DNA from: Lytechinus pictus
Lineage: Eukaryota
Direction: 5' to 3'
DNA length: 64,000 nt
Assembly (NCBI RefSeq): GCF_037042905.1
Contig: NC_087245.1
Coordinates: 16,742,001-16,806,000 of the forward strand
Numbering within the stretch: the first letter of the stretch is position 1; every line of letters begins with the position of its first letter. Position numbers and translations under genes: made by a program. The notes below the pieces were generated by a model that saw only the letters and a program-made list of their open reading frames with translations, was not told the origin of the DNA and searched no databases. This document shows, one piece after another, positions 63,557 through 64,000 of this stretch.

Positions 63557-64000
63557 GTAAGAAAATGATTTTGTCTTGTTCTTTTTCTTCACCAACCTAT
63601 TGTACTTGTATGTCAATGTATAACACAGAAAATATTTTTTCTGTTTTCTTTTGGTAAAGAATATTTTGTAATGTATGGCCCAGGATGACATGTGTTGATA
63701 TGGTGTGATGTAGCATTTGAAAGTGAGAATGTAGTTAAGTCTGCATAAGTCAAGTTCAAGCCTCCTTCAGTAATAAAAGTAAAAATCACCTGAAATGAAA
63801 TATAAAGCAGTTATTCATATAAGATCATGCAAAACATGTTACTTAATTCTTTTTGCAGGATAGTGCGAGGTCTGGAATTATCTAGAATTTAGATCAAATA
63901 TGGCATTTGGGGCAACTCATTAACATGGGGGGGTTGTATAAAACAAACAATGCATGTGTTCTTGTGCATAGAGGACCTAAATAAAGAACTCTGTGCTCAA

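Overview
AT-rich, intron-rich animal genomic DNA, not prokaryotic. The repeat landscape and SUEL-lectin receptor suggest a marine invertebrate, plausibly a sea urchin (inference). Three spliced genes on the + strand can be assembled by hand with consistent exon phases. (1) A ~1031-aa adhesion GPCR (signal peptide, SUEL lectin, several sushi/CCP modules, GAIN/GPS, 7TM; 5552-29433). (2) PDE12 (34795-40940). (3) An ACAD11-like kinase + acyl-CoA dehydrogenase gene (44136 to beyond the window end). Introns and intergenic DNA are full of MITEs, foldback elements, SINEs and Penelope-like remnants. Best leads: a 1.2-kb Transib/RAG-like element with perfect CACAGTG ends, a 5-bp TSD confirmed by an empty site in the same window, and a 12/23-RSS-like layout; a pair of duplicated, apparently mutually exclusive exons in the ACAD11 kinase domain; a GPS motif lacking its autoproteolytic residues; a SINE with a 7SL/Alu-like head; and decayed hammerhead ribozyme motifs. 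All gene models are manual predictions without transcript evidence.
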